DNA of 64,000 bases from a virus. Its lineage: Duplodnaviria; Caudoviricetes. The notes beneath the pieces were generated by a model. That model saw only the letters and a list, made by a program, of their open reading frames with translations, had not been told where the DNA came from and did not search any database. The stretch lies in IMG/VR virus record IMGVR_UViG_3300023055_000005; one strand, written 5' to 3'. Position numbers and translations under genes: made by a program. Positions 25,988-35,902 of this stretch are shown here, in pieces. The stretch's first letter is position 1. Every line of letters starts with the position of its first letter.

Positions 25988-28897
25988 TTACTTGGCTTTG
26001 GCGTGACGCAGCGGATCGATCTGCACGTCGTCTTCAACCGCCAGGGTGTCATCGCTCTTGGCGACAAGACGCTTGCGGACGGAGCAACGCAGAGTATCAT
26101 CCAGTGTCGTGATGACGGGGAAGTTGTTGGCTCCACCCAGACCAGACACACTGAATGCGATCGCTTCATTGCCGATCTCTTCGCGCAGCTTATCGGTGAT
26201 GTCATCGATGCTCACCACCGACTGGATCAGACGATCAGCGATGACCAGCTTGATCGAACGAGTCAGCGACTCACGCAGACGTGCATCAGCGTATTCCGCA
26301 CGGCCCAGGTACAGACCCACACGCAGACCCTGTTCAGCCGGGATGGTGGAGATCAGACCTTCTTCAACCATGACCTGCACGTTGCCCAGCGTGGTCTGCG
26401 GAGCGAAGTACAGTTCGGTGCCTTCCAGCAACTTGGCCCGGATTGCAGCGATGTCAGTGCTGAGCCAACGCACCACCGTACGCGCCGTGGTGTCACGGTA
26501 GTCGATGGAGGTCGGGTTGGTGGAGAACCAGTACTTGCCGTCCAGGAAGAACAGGTCGATCTGACGCTGCATCTTCCGGGTGGACTCCACGATCGGATTG
26601 CCTTCGGCATCACGCATGACGTCACCCTTCGGGAAACGAATCATCGGTTTGCCTTCGTCGTCCAGACGGACCTCGCCCTTGGCATGGAGCATCCGGTACT
26701 TGATCTCGCCATCGACGATATCGTACAGGATCGTGCCAGTCTTGGGATCGCGTTCGAACTCGGGTTCCTCGTAGACCCACGGCACGTCAGCGGCGTACTT
26801 CTTGAAGTCCTCATCGGACACCACCGAACGAGACGCCGTCCACAGTCCGTCCAACGAACTGCCCAGGTTGCTATTGAACTTCTCATGGGTCAAGGCGATG
26901 GCGTCTTCCGGCAGCATCTCCTTGGCAATGATCAGGTCGATATCGGTGGTCAGCGTATCGGCTGGGCGGTAGTCGCTCAGCACGTAGACCAGATCGAAGC
27001 TCTCGGTCAGCGATGCCGGCACCGGACGGGTGCTTCCACCAAACATCTGGAAGTTGGTCAGGTACAGGTCGTGGTTGGAGTTGATGTCCAGGTTGGACTC
27101 CAGCTCGAACACGAAGGCGCGCTCACCGGTTTCCATCTTGACTTCCAGCACGCCATTGAGGTAAGCACGACCGCTCTCACCAGTGGGCTGGAAGCTCAGC
27201 TGAGCATGGACGCTCGAATCGGGCAGCGCCAGTGCTTCTTCGCTCGATGCGGTAACGACGGTGATGCGATAACCCTTGTCGGTACGCTCGATGTCGAAGC
27301 TGTCCGTGGAGATGGTCATCCCCAGCGTGTCGTTCTCGGCGATGAAGTTGCGGCTGTCGATGGACGGATCGTCCAGGTAATAGCCACGGGCCTCGAAGAC
27401 ATTGCCGGTGATATCCAGCACGTAGTGGTACGGGCTGTACAGATAGCGCTCTGCATTGATCAGGCGCGCCTGCGTCTCCAGGATCGTGCTGCGGATCATG
27501 TCCAGCTCGTCTTGCTCCACGATCTTCGTCAGACCGTTGTCGAGCTTGTACAGGATCTCCGGCGTCAGCGTGACGCGCTCACCGTTGTCCCTGACACCCT
27601 TGTAGCCCTTCAGGCCGTCCAGGGACTGCTGGAAGGTCATGATGCCAGCGCCGATGGGGCTGAGCACCGAACCATCTTCAGGCAGCGGCAACGGACGGGA
27701 GGTCTTGTAGATGCGGCGGGTCAGGTTGTCCACGGTCTTGACCGAGGAGTAGCCTTCGTTGGTCAGCGTGGAGATGATCTGCCACGGGGTGATCGGCTGG
27801 TTGGATGCGCCGTGGGCATTCATCATGACCTGCTCGCGCAGTTCTTCGAAGCCCTTGGCACCGCTACCACCAGTCACGACTTCATCGGAGAAGATGAGCA
27901 TCGTGCTGAGGTTCTCCAGCGCAGCCCAGTACAACCCGTTGTCGTCGTTGTCGAAGTCCTGCCAACGGTAGCCGAACGCGTCGGACTCGTAGTTGGACAG
28001 GATCATGGACAGGTCACCCTCGGTGGAGTACACGTCCAGACGCAGCTGACGCTTGATCGTACCTGCCGTGGCGTACACTTCCGGGACCGAGTACAGCACG
28101 CGGTCGGAGAACACCTGCAGCGCAACCGTGGGTTGTGCCGGATCGAAGACCTGCTTGGTCTCGGTGGTGAGGATCTCTTCCCACGGGCCATCGCCGGAAC
28201 GGTGGTAGGCACGGGTGGCGTAGTAGCTACCAGCAAAGCTGATGGCGCCACTGGTCGGCGAAGCACGGCTGACGGTGAAGTTGCTGGTGCTAACCTTCAT
28301 CTGCATCACCGGGATTTCGATGAACAACATCTCGATCCCACCCTGGGCGGTACTCTTCCAGGTCTTCAGCAGGTTGGTGGACAACGGCATCAGCGGAGAC
28401 GGACGGGAGACGTCGTAGACAACGCGCTCGGTGCCAGCACTGTTGATGCGGATCTCGATCGGGTACTGCATCGAGAAGGTGATGCCTGCGACAGTGAACT
28501 CGGTATTGCGCGGGATCACCATCTTCTGCACGCCATTCACGCCGGTCGGCACAGCACGAGCCAGCACTTCTTCCAGTGCCATCGCCACGGTGATCGTGGT
28601 ACGCGCCGGAGTTGCCCAGCGGCCGATGTAGTCCTTGTCGGACATGTGCAGGTACAGTTCCTCTTCGTCCAGTGCCATGCGGGCGAACTGGCGACGGGTG
28701 TTGGCGGCACTTTCATGCATGGCCGAGGCGGCCAGCGTGGCTGCCATTTCGATCAGCTGCACAGCAGGCTGGCTGGCGTCGACGAAGATGAGATCTCCGT
28801 TGTTGGCCTGCTCCAGCATGTTGATGCCAACTTCGAACATGGCGCCGGGGTTGTAGCGTGCCTTGTCCAACAGCACCATTACTTCGTTCGAGTTCAC
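25988..28897 (-). CDS. Large virion structural protein, probably baseplate wedge (phiKZ gp87-like)
   Basis: ~970 aa; probable GTG start 28897 with GAGGAG Shine-Dalgarno overlapping the upstream stop; size and position match the phiKZ-like core. Confidence 0.75.
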   Translation of the reverse strand: MNSNEVMVLLDKARYNPGAMFEVGINMLEQANNGDLIFVDASQPAVQLIEMAATLAASAMHESAANTRRQFARMALDEEELYLHMSDKDYIGRWATPARTTITVAMALEEVLARAVPTGVNGVQKMVIPRNTEFTVAGITFSMQYPIEIRINSAGTERVVYDVSRPSPLMPLSTNLLKTWKSTAQGGIEMLFIEIPVMQMKVSTSNFTVSRASPTSGAISFAGSYYATRAYHRSGDGPWEEILTTETKQVFDPAQPTVALQVFSDRVLYSVPEVYATAGTIKRQLRLDVYSTEGDLSMILSNYESDAFGYRWQDFDNDDNGLYWAALENLSTMLIFSDEVVTGGSGAKGFEELREQVMMNAHGASNQPITPWQIISTLTNEGYSSVKTVDNLTRRIYKTSRPLPLPEDGSVLSPIGAGIMTFQQSLDGLKGYKGVRDNGERVTLTPEILYKLDNGLTKIVEQDELDMIRSTILETQARLINAERYLYSPYHYVLDITGNVFEARGYYLDDPSIDSRNFIAENDTLGMTISTDSFDIERTDKGYRITVVTASSEEALALPDSSVHAQLSFQPTGESGRAYLNGVLEVKMETGERAFVFELESNLDINSNHDLYLTNFQMFGGSTRPVPASLTESFDLVYVLSDYRPADTLTTDIDLIIAKEMLPEDAIALTHEKFNSNLGSSLDGLWTASRSVVSDEDFKKYAADVPWVYEEPEFERDPKTGTILYDIVDGEIKYRMLHAKGEVRLDDEGKPMIRFPKGDVMRDAEGNPIVESTRKMQRQIDLFFLDGKYWFSTNPTSIDYRDTTARTVVRWLSTDIAAIRAKLLEGTELYFAPQTTLGNVQVMVEEGLISTIPAEQGLRVGLYLGRAEYADARLRESLTRSIKLVIADRLIQSVVSIDDITDKLREEIGNEAIAFSVSGLGGANNFPVITTLDDTLRCSVRKRLVAKSDDTLAVEDDVQIDPLRHAKAK

Positions 28898-29928
28898 GAC
28901 AGCAGCCTCCTCTTGGCATCTTCGTAATCGACCTTGGTAACCCACCATTCAAGACGGCTGGATCGGGGGTCGATTCGAGGGTAGCCTCGGTAGTTGAAAA
29001 AGGTCAGTTCGGCTTTGGTCAGGCGCTGCATCTTTTCTTCGCGAGTACCATCAAACATGTCGCTATTGAAGAAGCAGACCGTGGAGTTGAACTCCACCAA
29101 CAGGATCGGATCGTAGGGCTCGTAACCAAGGCACTGGAAACGAACACTGATCTCCTTACTGTCCTGACTCATTGCCTGATCGGCATTGAAGTTGAACACC
29201 GCGCCCAACGGATTTGCCGTGGGGAATGCGCCGGCACAGGCCGTGATACGCTGGACGTACTGGCGGGTCGGATCAAGCACGAGGCGATAGATTCGCGTCA
29301 TGTAGTCGATCTCGTTTTCCAGCACCATCAGCGGATACGGCAGCATCGTGCCCTGCGTCACTTCTGCGATGTACTTCATCCACACGTAATACAGCAATGT
29401 TATAGGGTCGCCTGTCACATTGCGGTAAGTTGCGTTAAGCGGGAAGGCTGAGAAGTCACGCGAGATGCCATCGGCCATCGTGTAAACTTCTCGGTGTGCA
29501 CCCGGCTTCGAGGTGAACGTATCGAGCTCTTGATCAGGCCACCCCGTCAAACTGAGGAGGTGGTTGGTCAATGGCGTTATGAACGCTTGCTTCGGATCGA
29601 CCAGCGGAGTGTTTACTGCCTTTCGAGCGCCGGGGTCTTCAGGATAGTGACCCCACGGATCGAGCAAGCAGCGAATAGCCCGCTGGTAGCTGTATTCCTC
29701 CGGTGTCAACAGAGGAGTCAGCTGGCGACACGACGCTACATTGTCGTACGCAAGATTCAACAAAGGCCTGGTGAAAAAGATCAGACCCTGATTGTCGGTA
29801 TTCAGGGGAATCGGATTACCCAAGCCGCGATGGTTGATGCCGAACATCGCATCACTTGATGCCCGGCTGAAGGAACCAAGGCCTGATCCCTGAGCGATCA
29901 GGTTGATATCCTCTTGATATGTACTCAT
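28894..29928 (-). CDS. Virion structural protein (phiKZ gp88-like; tail/baseplate)
   Basis: 344 aa; FFTRPLLNL...YSYQRAIRCLLDP; coupled to the 970-aa gene. Confidence 0.75.
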   Translation of the reverse strand: MSTYQEDINLIAQGSGLGSFSRASSDAMFGINHRGLGNPIPLNTDNQGLIFFTRPLLNLAYDNVASCRQLTPLLTPEEYSYQRAIRCLLDPWGHYPEDPGARKAVNTPLVDPKQAFITPLTNHLLSLTGWPDQELDTFTSKPGAHREVYTMADGISRDFSAFPLNATYRNVTGDPITLLYYVWMKYIAEVTQGTMLPYPLMVLENEIDYMTRIYRLVLDPTRQYVQRITACAGAFPTANPLGAVFNFNADQAMSQDSKEISVRFQCLGYEPYDPILLVEFNSTVCFFNSDMFDGTREEKMQRLTKAELTFFNYRGYPRIDPRSSRLEWWVTKVDYEDAKRRLLS

Positions 29929-29963
29929 TTCTGTTTCAACCTCCGATAAAAGGGCTTTCCAAA

Positions 29964-31373
29964 ATGATTCTCAAATCGGTGCTGGCGAATACCGCGCTGA
30001 AGTTCGTGACCCAGTCGCTGCCATTCTTGATGGCAAAGAACAACAAGTCACTGATCGACGTCTCTGCTCCCACTCGCGTGGAGCCGGTCGTCCTGGTCGA
30101 TTCGCGTCTGCAGTCTCAGCCCTACATGGGCGATGTCATGCAGTCGCTCACCTCGCTCTTCGCAGCGTACTACATGATGGCGGTAAGCCTGCGTGTCAAC
30201 GTCGGACGTGTCGACGTGGTGCGCCTGTTGGAACCCCTGAATCCCAAGCGTGCTGGTCTTGGCACCAGCGCTGACATGCAGCGCGCCTCGGCGTACCTGA
30301 TGTCGTCCATGGAATCCTACCGCTTCGGCCTGCCCTCGCCGAACCTGCCGGTTCCGGGTCTGGAAAGCTACGGCCTGGAAGCCGACGACTACCAGAGCCA
30401 GCGCATGAAGCTGGACGAACGTCGCCTGGCCCTGGACACCCGTCGCTTCAACGCCGAACAGCAGCGTCAGCGTGAACAGCGCGCCGGCGAGCAGGACAAG
30501 GAATTCCAGAACCGTCTGCGTGATCAGAGTCGTGCTGACGCTGAAGCCCGCAAGCAGGAGCTGGAAGAATCCCGCTTCGCCGACCAGCGCACGCGCGCTG
30601 ATCGACGTGAGAAGCAGGACGCGCTTCGCCAGGCGGCGGAGGATGAACGTCGTGCAGCCGAAGAAGAGCAGCGTGATTTCGAACGCTCTCAGCCCGGTGC
30701 GGAATTCTCCAACGTTGATGTGTTGAAGGACACCGCCAACCTGAGCGTCGGCAAGATGCTGGAAGTGTCGGTCACCGACAACGGTCAGACCGCTCGCTTC
30801 CCCATCCAGCTGCGTCTGATCGCCTCGCTGATCGCGCCCCGGAACCTGGTTCATATATTGGGCGACCTGTCCAAGAACATGACCATCAAAGAGCGCTACC
30901 ACATGTGGCGTTCGGGTCAGCTGGAGTTCGTCAAGGACATCGTCTTCTGCACCGACCTGATCGACAACCACCGTCGTACGCTGGCGCAGGATGGCACCCG
31001 GACCTACCGGAACATCCTGAAGACCCGCAACAACAACGGTCTGGCTGCGATCTTCCGTGGTAGCCCGTCGCTGGCCACCGCTTCGAACATGTGCGTGATG
31101 TCCGGCGACACCGTCAAGGAACTGGAGCGTGAGGCACGTGGCCGTCTGAGTGACAGCCGCTTCCGCCAGCGCATCTTCGAAGGTTCCTACCTGATGGTGC
31201 TGGTCGTGGTCGACGAGAAGTGGGAGAGCGTCACCTTCTACCATCGCGGCATCGACCTGCCGACGGAACTGAACCTGCGCGACATCAAGGGCGCTTCCAA
31301 GGGTGGCAGCAGCACTGCTGACATCATGGAAATCTTCAAGGCCCTCAACAGCCAGAACGCCCCCTCCTTCTGA
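29964..31373 (+). CDS. Virion head protein (phiKZ gp89-like)
   Basis: Divergent from the gp88-like gene; SME, GLE and GLE sites followed by a charged coiled-coil insert. Confidence 0.75.
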   Translation: MILKSVLANTALKFVTQSLPFLMAKNNKSLIDVSAPTRVEPVVLVDSRLQSQPYMGDVMQSLTSLFAAYYMMAVSLRVNVGRVDVVRLLEPLNPKRAGLGTSADMQRASAYLMSSMESYRFGLPSPNLPVPGLESYGLEADDYQSQRMKLDERRLALDTRRFNAEQQRQREQRAGEQDKEFQNRLRDQSRADAEARKQELEESRFADQRTRADRREKQDALRQAAEDERRAAEEEQRDFERSQPGAEFSNVDVLKDTANLSVGKMLEVSVTDNGQTARFPIQLRLIASLIAPRNLVHILGDLSKNMTIKERYHMWRSGQLEFVKDIVFCTDLIDNHRRTLAQDGTRTYRNILKTRNNNGLAAIFRGSPSLATASNMCVMSGDTVKELEREARGRLSDSRFRQRIFEGSYLMVLVVVDEKWESVTFYHRGIDLPTELNLRDIKGASKGGSSTADIMEIFKALNSQNAPSF

Positions 31374-31391
31374 TCCAAGGAACATCGGAAA

Positions 31392-32303
31392 ATGAAAGCC
31401 CTCGAATTTGTCCGGAGTCTCGGTGAGACCCTGCGACGCGATCAGATCACCGCCGCGCTGGCCGCGTTGGACAACGAAGTCAACGAGGTGACCATCACCC
31501 CGTTCCAGCATGGCGTCAAAGTGCTGGAGGGCCGCGGCGGCTTCCGTAGCCGCGCGGTCCAAGAGGTCAGCAAGACCTTCCTGAATGCCAATCGCGCCTG
31601 GGGTGAAAACTACCCCGTGCTGATGCTGCGCTTGATGGAGGAGATGCCCATGAAGGTGGACATGATCCTGCATTACACCAAGAGCAGCTTCAACAAGGAC
31701 GTGACGCCGGAAGAGATGGATTACCGTCGTGCCGCGGTGCTTCAGTACCTCGGTGCGCTGGACTTCTTCGTCACCTACTCCCGCCATCTGTTGCTGTGGA
31801 CCATCGACTGCGAAACCGCAGCGGCCCAGGGCAACGTGAATGAGCGTGGAGCATCGACGATGCCGCAGGCTGAACTGGAGATGCTCCAGAAGGGCCTGCC
31901 GGGCTTCATCGCGGTGTGCAAGCTGCTGGAGATCCCGGTCGCTGAAGTGGACCGTGCACTGAAGTCGATCCCGGACGCCGCCGTGCGTTCTGAGAACGAT
32001 GATGCTCTGCGTCAGGGCATCGGTGCCAACAAGCTCGATCCGCTGCGCATGGACTTCCTGCCGCCGCGCTGGAACCCGTTCTTCCACATCCGTGCTGGTC
32101 TGGCCATGTTCTCGGCCAATCGCTACCAGGCCGCTGTGGAAGAGGCTCGCGCCATCGAGTACAGCCTGCTCAACCTGGAGCAGGTCTACGCTGGCCGCCA
32201 GTCCGATCCGGCTGCTGTCAAAGCACTGGGCTACACCCGCCGCCGTCTTCTGGACAAGCGCCGGGAAATCGCCAAGTACGAAGACAAGTACCTCAACAAC
32301 TAA
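31392..32303 (+). CDS. Virion head protein (phiKZ gp90-like)
   Basis: 303 aa; FLPPRWNPFFHI; position after the gp89-like gene. Confidence 0.75.
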   Translation: MKALEFVRSLGETLRRDQITAALAALDNEVNEVTITPFQHGVKVLEGRGGFRSRAVQEVSKTFLNANRAWGENYPVLMLRLMEEMPMKVDMILHYTKSSFNKDVTPEEMDYRRAAVLQYLGALDFFVTYSRHLLLWTIDCETAAAQGNVNERGASTMPQAELEMLQKGLPGFIAVCKLLEIPVAEVDRALKSIPDAAVRSENDDALRQGIGANKLDPLRMDFLPPRWNPFFHIRAGLAMFSANRYQAAVEEARAIEYSLLNLEQVYAGRQSDPAAVKALGYTRRRLLDKRREIAKYEDKYLNN

Positions 32304-32315
32304 GGAGAGTTACCG

Positions 32316-32825
32316 ATGGCAGCTCTCCTGATCTATCCCCGCCGCTACTTCCGCCGCGTTCCGACGGGCTCGGGTGTGATTCGTGTCAATGGTGATCCGG
32401 AGGTCAACAAGATCTTCGATGACTTCATGGCACAGAAGCTCAACACCCAGTCCTTCGCCAAGCGTGCAGAAGTGTTGGTCGTGGCCGGCCGTCTGCTCCA
32501 CAACTTCGTGGAGTGGGCCAAGGACCAGCAGGCCAACGCAAACCTGCGGGGATACAACTACGACTTCCTGGTCGATACGGTCAACTTCATCAATTCCGGC
32601 AAGCGAAAGATGTCGGCGGTGAACTGGCTGGATCTGGTCAACGAAGACGATTTCCCCACGCATGGGAACAATGTCGTTCGCGCCGTGCCCTTGGATTTGG
32701 GCATGTTTGAGAACGATTCGGCCTATGTTGTGACCAAGTGGTGCTCGCGTGATGGCGGCTTCGAGGACATGATTCTGTCATTGTACCTCATCTTCGGCCG
32801 CAGCAGTCAGAACCGCAACGACTGA
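32316..32825 (+). CDS. Putative virion protein
   Basis: AAGGAG Shine-Dalgarno; structural operon. Confidence 0.75.
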   Translation: MAALLIYPRRYFRRVPTGSGVIRVNGDPEVNKIFDDFMAQKLNTQSFAKRAEVLVVAGRLLHNFVEWAKDQQANANLRGYNYDFLVDTVNFINSGKRKMSAVNWLDLVNEDDFPTHGNNVVRAVPLDLGMFENDSAYVVTKWCSRDGGFEDMILSLYLIFGRSSQNRND

Positions 32826-32852
32826 TCACACTAGACTAGCGCAAGCTATTCT

Positions 32853-32995
32853 ATAGGGAAAATGCGCACCGCTGGAAACATGTGCGTATTTTTCACGAGT
32901 ATTATTTGGACCTATTTTGTTGGTGCGCACCACTGGCAGAAACCCGCAGCAGGGAATGCTGTAACAGCTGTTACTCGCCGCGGGTCATTCCCCGG
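32853..32995 (+). promoter_or_regulatory. Structured 5' leader upstream of abundant internal head protein
   Basis: AAAATGCGCAC/GTGCGTATTTT stem; GGGAATG/CATTCCC stem enclosing the palindrome GTAACAGCTGTTAC. Confidence 0.4.
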
Positions 32996-33021
32996 CACAA
33001 CCCATATAGAAGGACATTGCA

Positions 33022-34353
33022 ATGAGCGTTCGCGACTTTTTCGCCTCCCTGGAATCGGAAGATGAGACCGGTGCAGAGCCGATCGAAGAAACCGGTGCCG
33101 ACAGCCTCGAAGCCGATCTGACCGAAGTGGAAGAAGCCGGCAGCGAAGCCGACGCCGATGCCTCGGCCGTCGAGCAGCTGGAAGAAACCGCCGAATCCCT
33201 GGAATCCATCGCCCTGTCGCTGGAAGCCGACGCCCAGAACGGCGGCCTGGATCCGGTTGCTGCCCGTTACGCGCAGCGCGCCATCGACTTCGCCCTGCGC
33301 CCGCTGGGCCCGTCGGCCAAGTTCACCCACGCCTCGCTCGAATCCTTCGGCGGCGACAGCTCCAAGCGTGATGCCACCCTGTCCATGGAAGCCGACGTCA
33401 AGGCGTGGCTGAAGAAGGTCTGGGAAGCCATCAAGCGTGCCATCGCCAAGGTCCGCGACAGCATCAAGAAGCTGTTCATCAAGCTCTTCGCTGCTGCCCC
33501 GAAGCTGAAGCGCCGCGCCGAAGCCCTGCAGACCGCTGCCAAGGGCCTGGAAGGCGAGCCGAAGGAAAAGCAGCTGGTCATCCCCGGCAACGTCGCCTCC
33601 GGCATCGCCGTCGGCAAGGGCCTGACCTCGCTGTCCGACACCGCCAAGAACCTGCGCGAGCAGGGCGACTGGGTGTTCGACGACTTCTTCAAGAAGACCT
33701 GGGCCTACGGCGAATCCTTCGCCTCGGCGCTGGCCGGCTGGAAGTTCGACAGCGAGAAGAACTTCGATGCCTCGGCCAAGGCCGTCGACACCCTGATCGG
33801 CGCCGTGCCGACCGTCGCCGGTGCCAAGGTCTCCTCGGGTGACAAGCGCTTCCAGGGTCTGGAAGTCGACCGTTCGGAAGCCCTGCCGGGCAACCAGGCC
33901 GTCTTCGTGACCTGCAAGAAGGCTGGTGCCACCCTGGCCTCGAAGATCGAGACCCTGGGCACCTACAACGTCAGCGTCCGTGACTTCACCGCCACCCCGG
34001 TGGAAGTGAAGGAAGTGAAGCTGTCGGTGCCGAGCAAGCAGGAGCTGGAGAAGGTCGGCGAAGAAATCGCTGCCCTGGCCGGCCGCGTGACGAAGTACAA
34101 CAACAGCTTCCAGTCGATCGACGCCCTGATCAACAAGGTGAAGACCGCTGGCGACCAGTTCTCGGCCGCTGCCGAGAAGTCGGACAAGCTGACCGGCGAG
34201 AACAAGGCTTCGGCCCGCCAGATCCTGTCGGCGGCCAAGGCTTGCGCCAACGTGATCGACGCGCCGGCTGCGGCGATGACCCGCTACCTGATCACCACGG
34301 GCGCCAAGGTTCTGGCCCTGGGCGAGAAGGCTGCTGGCATGTACAAGGCCTAA
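33022..34353 (+). CDS. Internal head (inner-body/ejection) protein, phiKZ gp93-family-like
   Basis: Acidic propeptide with repeated SLE/SME sites, then VKAWLKKVWEAIKRAIAKV amphipathic helix; very strong codon bias. Confidence 0.85.
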   Translation: MSVRDFFASLESEDETGAEPIEETGADSLEADLTEVEEAGSEADADASAVEQLEETAESLESIALSLEADAQNGGLDPVAARYAQRAIDFALRPLGPSAKFTHASLESFGGDSSKRDATLSMEADVKAWLKKVWEAIKRAIAKVRDSIKKLFIKLFAAAPKLKRRAEALQTAAKGLEGEPKEKQLVIPGNVASGIAVGKGLTSLSDTAKNLREQGDWVFDDFFKKTWAYGESFASALAGWKFDSEKNFDASAKAVDTLIGAVPTVAGAKVSSGDKRFQGLEVDRSEALPGNQAVFVTCKKAGATLASKIETLGTYNVSVRDFTATPVEVKEVKLSVPSKQELEKVGEEIAALAGRVTKYNNSFQSIDALINKVKTAGDQFSAAAEKSDKLTGENKASARQILSAAKACANVIDAPAAAMTRYLITTGAKVLALGEKAAGMYKA

Positions 34354-34376
34354 TCGGCCTCGTAAGCGCTGATAGA

Positions 34377-34405
34377 GCCGAGGCCCCTCCGGGGGCCTCG
34401 GTTTT
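34377..34405 (+). terminator. Intrinsic terminator
   Basis: GCCGAGGCCCC-TCCG-GGGGCCTCGGT-TTT. Confidence 0.8.
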
Positions 34406-34432
34406 ATATCGTCAACCAAGGAGAGTTCAATC

Positions 34433-35743
34433 GTGGATGATTACAAATCGTCCGACGTCGAAGCTTTCGCCGATGATGCCATTGCTCAGGCAGTGGTTGA
34501 AACCCGTGATCCCAATGTGGCCGTAGCGGAGGACGTTGTTGAAACGGCCTTCACTGAATCGGTTGCAGAGATCGATCGTGGGGCTGGTGAGCTGGATGAC
34601 GTCAATCGCGCAATGGACCTTGCCGATGGGTTGCAGCGTCTGTCTCTGGTCACCTCCGATATCCAGGAAGCTACTCCCCACGAAGCTGCCCTCACCCAGA
34701 TCGCTCTGGAGATGGCACTGGCTGGTACGGGTCGCTTGCCGGAGTCGCTGGCACCGGGGCTGGAAAGCAGCATCGGCTCGAAGATCTCGATGGAAGGTGT
34801 GGGCGAGACCATCGCTCGTATCTGGCAGCGCATCATGGACGTCATCCGTCGTGTGCTGGCTTCCATCGCTGCATTCTTCCAACGCGCCATGGGACAGATC
34901 GCTGTCCTGAAGCGTCGTGCACAACGTATCGTCTCCCGTGCCAAGGCCGCCTCCGGGCAGCCGCTGGAGTCGCCGACCGTCGCTCTGGGCAGTGATGCCT
35001 ATTCGCTGGCAGTGCAGGGGCGTCCCCCGGCAGCTGTGGGCCAGATCGATGCGGCGCTGCGTGAGATGACACGTCAGGGTGAGATCCTGTTCCAGGTCTA
35101 CCCCACTGCCATCAACGATACCCTGGGCAAGGTCAACGAAGCTCTGGGTGATTTCGCCAATGGTCGTGCGCAGCAGGCTGTGCGTGCGGTCAAGTCCGGC
35201 GAAGACATCTTCGATCCGTGGAAGATGGCTACCAAGTTCCGTACCTCGGTTCCCTTTGCTGATCCGCGCTTTGAGCCGGGTACTGCCAAGGTGGTTCGTG
35301 GTCTGCCTGGTGGCTGGGGTCTGGTGTTCGTTGCGGCAGGTCATCAGGGCGCTGGCATGCAGTGGGTCCGTACGGTCTCCGATGCACAGCAGCCCAGTGG
35401 CACCGAGACCATGGCGACGATTCCTGCACAGCAGTGCAACTCGTTGGCTGAACGTGTCTTTGACATGCTCACCTTCGTGGAGAAGGTCGAAGGCGGCAAC
35501 TTCTTCCAGAACATGGAGAAGGCCTTCGGTGAACTGGATCGACGCGGCAAGCAGGTGATGTCTGCCACTGAGGCAGAGAAGAACCCGCAGGCCAGTGGAG
35601 CCAAGAAGGTGCTGTTGGGCTTCCTGTCCAACTTCACCCATCGCACCATCGGTCCGATGAGTCAGTTCCTGGGCCACTTCATTGTGGTCTGTCGTTCGGC
35701 CATGTCCGTCATGGAACGTTCGCTGGCTCTGCATCAGCGTTAA
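34433..35743 (+). CDS. Internal head protein, paralog of upstream gene
   Basis: GTG start after AAGGAG; acidic propeptide, GLE...SME, then IARIWQRIMDVIRRVLASI helix. Confidence 0.82.
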   Translation: MDDYKSSDVEAFADDAIAQAVVETRDPNVAVAEDVVETAFTESVAEIDRGAGELDDVNRAMDLADGLQRLSLVTSDIQEATPHEAALTQIALEMALAGTGRLPESLAPGLESSIGSKISMEGVGETIARIWQRIMDVIRRVLASIAAFFQRAMGQIAVLKRRAQRIVSRAKAASGQPLESPTVALGSDAYSLAVQGRPPAAVGQIDAALREMTRQGEILFQVYPTAINDTLGKVNEALGDFANGRAQQAVRAVKSGEDIFDPWKMATKFRTSVPFADPRFEPGTAKVVRGLPGGWGLVFVAAGHQGAGMQWVRTVSDAQQPSGTETMATIPAQQCNSLAERVFDMLTFVEKVEGGNFFQNMEKAFGELDRRGKQVMSATEAEKNPQASGAKKVLLGFLSNFTHRTIGPMSQFLGHFIVVCRSAMSVMERSLALHQR

Positions 35744-35747
35744 CTGG

Positions 35748-35790
35748 TATGGGGAGACCCTTCGGGGTCTCCCCCTATGTCGCTATGCCC
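35748..35790 (+). terminator. Hairpin terminator
   Basis: GGGGAGACCC-TTCG-GGGTCTCCCC followed by TATG twice. Confidence 0.7.
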
Positions 35791-35799
35791 TAAAACCAT

Positions 35800-35837
35800 G
35801 ATTCAAATAAGTTTCACCCCTATATCACCCATGTGAG
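35800..35837 (+). promoter_or_regulatory. Phage early-type promoter
   Basis: GATTCAAATAAGTTTCACCCCTATATCACCCATGTGAG. Confidence 0.72.
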
Positions 35838-35902
35838 CGTCGAGTTCATTTTCGGCGTTAATCCCAACCAAAGATTCACCACCCTGAAACAAGGAGCTTC
35901 AC

